Positions 16,901-20,070 of a DNA stretch of 20,070 nucleotides are shown here, piece after piece. Every line of letters begins with the position of its first letter. Position 1 is the stretch's first letter. The notes under the pieces are model-generated. The model saw nothing but the letters and a program-made list of their open reading frames with translations. It had not been told where the DNA came from and did no database searches. The stretch lies in the IMG/VR virus record IMGVR_UViG_3300032295_003347. The stretch is one strand, 5' to 3'. A program made the position numbers and the translations under genes. The DNA is from an uncultured virus (IMG/VR IMGVR_UViG_3300032295_003347). Lineage: Duplodnaviria; Heunggongvirae; Uroviricota; Caudoviricetes.

Positions 16901-16967
16901 CTGGCAGTGCATTGCATGTAAGCCCAGCCAACTGGACACAGATCTTTGATCTACGGGGGCCAGTGTT
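16901..16967 (+). ncRNA. Candidate structured RNA/leader element
   Basis: CTGGC/GCCAG closing stem enclosing CCAG-CCAA-CTGG and AGATC-TTT-GATCT hairpins in a GC-richer intergenic gap. Confidence 0.35.
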
Positions 16968-16981
16968 GTTGCTTTAAAACA

Positions 16982-17098
16982 ATGATTCTCTGTCCCAAAT
17001 TTGTTAAACGTACTTTGACCTATTTAGCTACGACCCTTGCGCTGCAAACCGTATTTATCCCTGGTCTCAAAGCAAGTTCAAATTGGGTAGGAGAATAA
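16982..17098 (+). CDS. 38-aa signal-peptide-like small ORF (not in ORF track)
   Basis: MILCPKFVKRTLTYLATTLALQTVFIPGLKASSNWVGE; its stop overlaps the AAGGAG RBS of the lysozyme gene. Confidence 0.5.
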   Translation: MILCPKFVKRTLTYLATTLALQTVFIPGLKASSNWVGE

Positions 17099-17108
17099 GG
17101 AGAACAAT

Positions 17109-17780
17109 ATGTCATTAAGTCCCGCTGCTGCTATTGTTGCTCGTAAGTTAAAACAACAAGGTTATAGCAACGCACAAATTGCAGGTGTCCTTGGCAACAT
17201 CTCCCAAGAGTCTGGCTTTAATCCTCGCGTCAACGAGGGTGGTGCAGTTGGTGGTCCCATGGGACGCGGCGGGTATGGCTTGGCACAGTGGACGGGTGGC
17301 CGTCAAACAAATTTAGTTAATTTTGCAAAAACAAAAAAGCTTGATCCAGGTGATGCCGGTCTTCAAGCCGATTTCTTATTGCATGAATTACAAGGACCCG
17401 AAAGTCGTGCAGCCGAATCTTTACGTAAGGCACAGTCACCTGAGCAAGCAGCGTTAGTTTTTCGTCGTGATTATGAACGCGCCGGCATCCCCAAAGATGA
17501 GAACCGGATGCGTGCAGCACGCGACTTAATGCCTAAACTGCAATCACTAGAAGGTGGGATTGATTTTGCACCACCTGCCCTCCCTGGAGAGCAGCAAAGT
17601 GTTGCTTACCGTTTAGCGCAAGCAGGTATTGATCTCACGGGTGAGCAAGAAGACAAAAAAACAACGGCTAATACATTGCTAGACGCATTTAAGCAGCAGG
17701 TTCTTCCTGCAATACTTCCGCAAGGTATTATGAACATTAACGCCGTTAATCCGTTCCAAAATCCATTCCAGGTGCTTTGA
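17109..17780 (+). CDS. Phage tail lysozyme (Phage_lysozyme2-like) peptidoglycan hydrolase
   Basis: AGVLGNISQESGFNP, GYGLAQWTGGR, QADFLLHEL, AALVFRRDYER; AAGGAG RBS. Confidence 0.88.
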   Translation: MSLSPAAAIVARKLKQQGYSNAQIAGVLGNISQESGFNPRVNEGGAVGGPMGRGGYGLAQWTGGRQTNLVNFAKTKKLDPGDAGLQADFLLHELQGPESRAAESLRKAQSPEQAALVFRRDYERAGIPKDENRMRAARDLMPKLQSLEGGIDFAPPALPGEQQSVAYRLAQAGIDLTGEQEDKKTTANTLLDAFKQQVLPAILPQGIMNINAVNPFQNPFQVL

Positions 17781-18076
17781 TGGACCGTCGAGATTACGTT
17801 GGTAGCGATGATGTTTTACCAGGAGATTACAACCGTTATCTCTCTGGTAAAGACTCTGCAAAGCCTAACCCCAGCAAGGATATTCAATACAGACTTGCCA
17901 AGCTGTACAAGGTAGATGATTTTAATCGTCTAGCATCTTCCGTTGCTGGGGCGCCAAGGTCTGAATCGTTCCAGCGTTTTCTCGCTCTTCAGCAAGATCC
18001 TGATCTTCTTGCAAGGGCATCGATGAAGATGCCCAATACACCCTTCGGACCGCTGGGCAGTTTCGCTGAAAGCTAA
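17777..18076 (+). CDS. Hypothetical protein
   Basis: 99 aa; ATGA overlap with the lysozyme stop. Confidence 0.7.
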   Translation: MMDRRDYVGSDDVLPGDYNRYLSGKDSAKPNPSKDIQYRLAKLYKVDDFNRLASSVAGAPRSESFQRFLALQQDPDLLARASMKMPNTPFGPLGSFAES

Positions 18077-18077
18077 T

Positions 18078-18629
18078 TTATTTTTTAGCAAAGGCTTTTT
18101 CAAGCGGCCAGTCTTTATTTAAGCGTTTTTGCATTGACTGGGGAGAGATGCCAACTTCTTTTGCCCAATCAGCAATACACATAGTTTTTCCTTCAAACGT
18201 GTAAAGCCTTGTTGCACGCTTGCCTCCACGGTTACGTGTTTGTTCTTTGTGAGTAGCCCAGCGACAATTTTCTTTACAGTAGTTTTTGTCGTTGTCGATT
18301 CTTTCTAATTCCATTTTAGGCATTGGTTTTTTACCCATATCAGCAAGGAATTGTTCATATTTTTCCCAGCGTGGATCATAAGTAATACCGCGTCCACCAT
18401 AGCGGGAATAGGATTCGTGTTTCAAGTTATTGCACCTATTTTTCATTGCACCCCAAGAAGAATATTCGGCTTCTTGATTTTTATGGCCACCATGCTTGTA
18501 ACTTCCACAACTTTTAGAACAAAAAACATAACCACGTTTTTTTAATTTGCTGCGGCAAGTGGCTCCAACCATGCCCAGTCTTTCAAAGTTGTTGCCACAA
18601 TTTTTACAAACAAAAATGGTTTGGACCAT
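18078..18629 (-). CDS. HNH-type homing endonuclease-like protein with N-terminal Cys4 zinc finger
   Basis: WGAMKNRC, YGGRGI, FLADMG, LERIDNDKNYCKENCRWAT..EQTRN; CKNC and FCSKSC pairs; C-terminal IADWAKEVGI HTH-like segment. ATG 18629 preferred over the track start at 18665. Confidence 0.85.
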   Translation of the reverse strand: MVQTIFVCKNCGNNFERLGMVGATCRSKLKKRGYVFCSKSCGSYKHGGHKNQEAEYSSWGAMKNRCNNLKHESYSRYGGRGITYDPRWEKYEQFLADMGKKPMPKMELERIDNDKNYCKENCRWATHKEQTRNRGGKRATRLYTFEGKTMCIADWAKEVGISPQSMQKRLNKDWPLEKAFAKK

Positions 18630-18694
18630 TAGAATAGGGGAAGTTTCCCGGAGACGCCCTGTCAATATAACAGAGGCAGAGCGTTTAGTCTACA

Positions 18695-19480
18695 TTGAGC
18701 TCGACATCCACGAACAAGCAGCCCTTATTGGTTGATCGCCCGCTTATTGATACGGTGCGGGTTACAACACAAACAGTTGGTAGTGCAGCTACCAATACAT
18801 TGTTTGTGCAGGGTGGCCAGGCACCGTCCATCCTGGTCGACATGGATGCGACCTTAAGTCAAGACAATAGTTCCGGTGGTGTTATTGACTCGATTACCAT
18901 CACGCGTAATGACTACTACCGTGCTGCGGATTACGAAGTAAAAACGGCAACTTCTGGTACGCCCATCTCTCTTGTAAGTGGCCAGACTGTATTTATTTCA
19001 CAGACGGGCATCTTGACTGGCGGTGGTGCGCCCTTCTCCGGTTATGGTTATTACACTTATACAGGCTCTAGCACTCTCACTGGAATCAATACAGCACTAA
19101 ATTACTCGGGTGGTATTGCATCTGGCTTTACATATAATGGTGTTTCTTACGGCTACCAACAGGCTGTGACGTTTGTGTTCTACCACACACGTGGTACAAC
19201 GACGCCTATCCCTGGTTCAGGTGACTATCGCATTTTGTTTGCCAAGACTGTTCCTGCTAACACGCAGACTGTTGACTGTTCAGATCTAATGCCGCAACTG
19301 GCTGTACCTGCCGTGAGTGCAGGAAACACCAATGGTCTTGGTCAAACTGCTCCGCTGCGTAACAAGGGTATTTACCTGGAGCGAGGCGATCGTATTTACG
19401 TTGGTGTGTTCCCTGACGGTCCCAACAGCTCTGGTTATATCCCCGGTGCGCACGTTATTGCGCAAGGCGGCTTCTTCTAA
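18695..19480 (+). CDS. Thr/Gly-rich structural protein, probable tail component
   Basis: 261 aa, TTG start, beta-rich composition, downstream of head genes. Confidence 0.65.
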   Translation: MSSTSTNKQPLLVDRPLIDTVRVTTQTVGSAATNTLFVQGGQAPSILVDMDATLSQDNSSGGVIDSITITRNDYYRAADYEVKTATSGTPISLVSGQTVFISQTGILTGGGAPFSGYGYYTYTGSSTLTGINTALNYSGGIASGFTYNGVSYGYQQAVTFVFYHTRGTTTPIPGSGDYRILFAKTVPANTQTVDCSDLMPQLAVPAVSAGNTNGLGQTAPLRNKGIYLERGDRIYVGVFPDGPNSSGYIPGAHVIAQGGFF

Positions 19481-19483
19481 GTC

Positions 19484-20070
19484 ATGGCCCCAAAGGGCGG
19501 AGATAAGTTCGGATCCTTTGTCAGAGCTTCTGACAGGGATCCTTTTCGTTTGAAACCTATTACAACTGAATTTTCCTCTGGTGCTGTACCAAACTCTTTA
19601 AGTGCAATAAACAGGGAATCGGCGTGGTCACGTTGGCGTAGAGGTTACGAAATTGCAACCGCTTGTTTTTATGACAATGCGTATGAGTATCCTTTTAGCT
19701 ACGTAATTCCAGTACCAGCTGGAACACCTGCTTCCGTTGCAGCAGCACAACCAACCATCCCTGGAACCTTCGTAGGATTCCCTACCAAGAACAAAGAGTT
19801 TGGCATGCACTGGGCTGGGGCTCGCTTGGCGGGATCCTTGCGGTGCGACAACTTGATTGACAAGACGACAGGCACCAGGCTTTACATTGAAATGGTGACG
19901 GAGGATGCTGCGTACTGGTACGTCAAACTGGCTGGGAACTGGAGTACGAGCAATCCACTACCCCCACCGTTTTACGTGGCCCTTCCTGGCGTTCCTAACG
20001 GCCTTAGAGCGATCAATGGTGAGATTCTGGAGGACCGGGTCGTCACTGTTGGCGCACCTCCGATCACCAA
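19484..20070 (+). CDS. Hypothetical structural protein, 3'-truncated (not in ORF track)
   Basis: ATG 19484 (MAPKGGDKFGSFVRASDRDPFRLKPITTEF...) with no stop before the window end. Confidence 0.8.
   Translation, partial: MAPKGGDKFGSFVRASDRDPFRLKPITTEFSSGAVPNSLSAINRESAWSRWRRGYEIATACFYDNAYEYPFSYVIPVPAGTPASVAAAQPTIPGTFVGFPTKNKEFGMHWAGARLAGSLRCDNLIDKTTGTRLYIEMVTEDAAYWYVKLAGNWSTSNPLPPPFYVALPGVPNGLRAINGEILEDRVVTVGAPPIT

Larger units (their letters stand above)
1..20070 (+). mobile_element. Tailed bacteriophage structural/packaging module (probable cyanophage)
   Basis: Co-oriented terminase-portal-scaffold-capsid order, phage lysozyme, M23 peptidase and HNH gene; tight packing with TAATG/ATGA couplings; no host housekeeping genes. 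Host is inferred only. Confidence 0.95.

Noticed and set aside
16901..16967. Assignment of the structured gap to a twister/pistol ribozyme, glutamine riboswitch or tRNA
   Set aside because: Only short pieces such as AAGCCC match; the conserved cores and tRNA T-loop are absent. Kept as an unclassified candidate.
1..20070. CRISPR array, tRNA genes, integrase or alternative genetic code
   Set aside because: No regularly spaced repeats, cloverleafs or recombinase motifs; genes tile densely under the standard code with all three stops used.

Overview
The whole window is the virion morphogenesis region of a tailed dsDNA phage (Caudoviricetes), probably a cyanophage; the host is inferred, not shown. 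Almost all genes are on the + strand. In order: a cluster of small Gly/Ala/Gln-rich proteins resembling internal virion or ejection proteins, a possible small terminase, large terminase, membrane and AbrB-like small genes, portal, scaffold, major capsid protein, a probable decoration protein, an HhH DNA-binding protein, two peptidoglycan hydrolases flanking a putative adaptor, an antisense HNH endonuclease and two probable tail genes. Highlights: a circularly permuted M23 peptidase; a C-terminal motif (TLLxAFKxQxLxxIL) shared by two unrelated wall hydrolases; a 581-nt portal/scaffold overlap with codon signs of selection on both frames; -10-only promoter candidates coupled to inverted repeats; and a candidate structured RNA upstream of a signal-peptide-like small ORF. 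All family assignments come from motif recognition by eye, not database searches.
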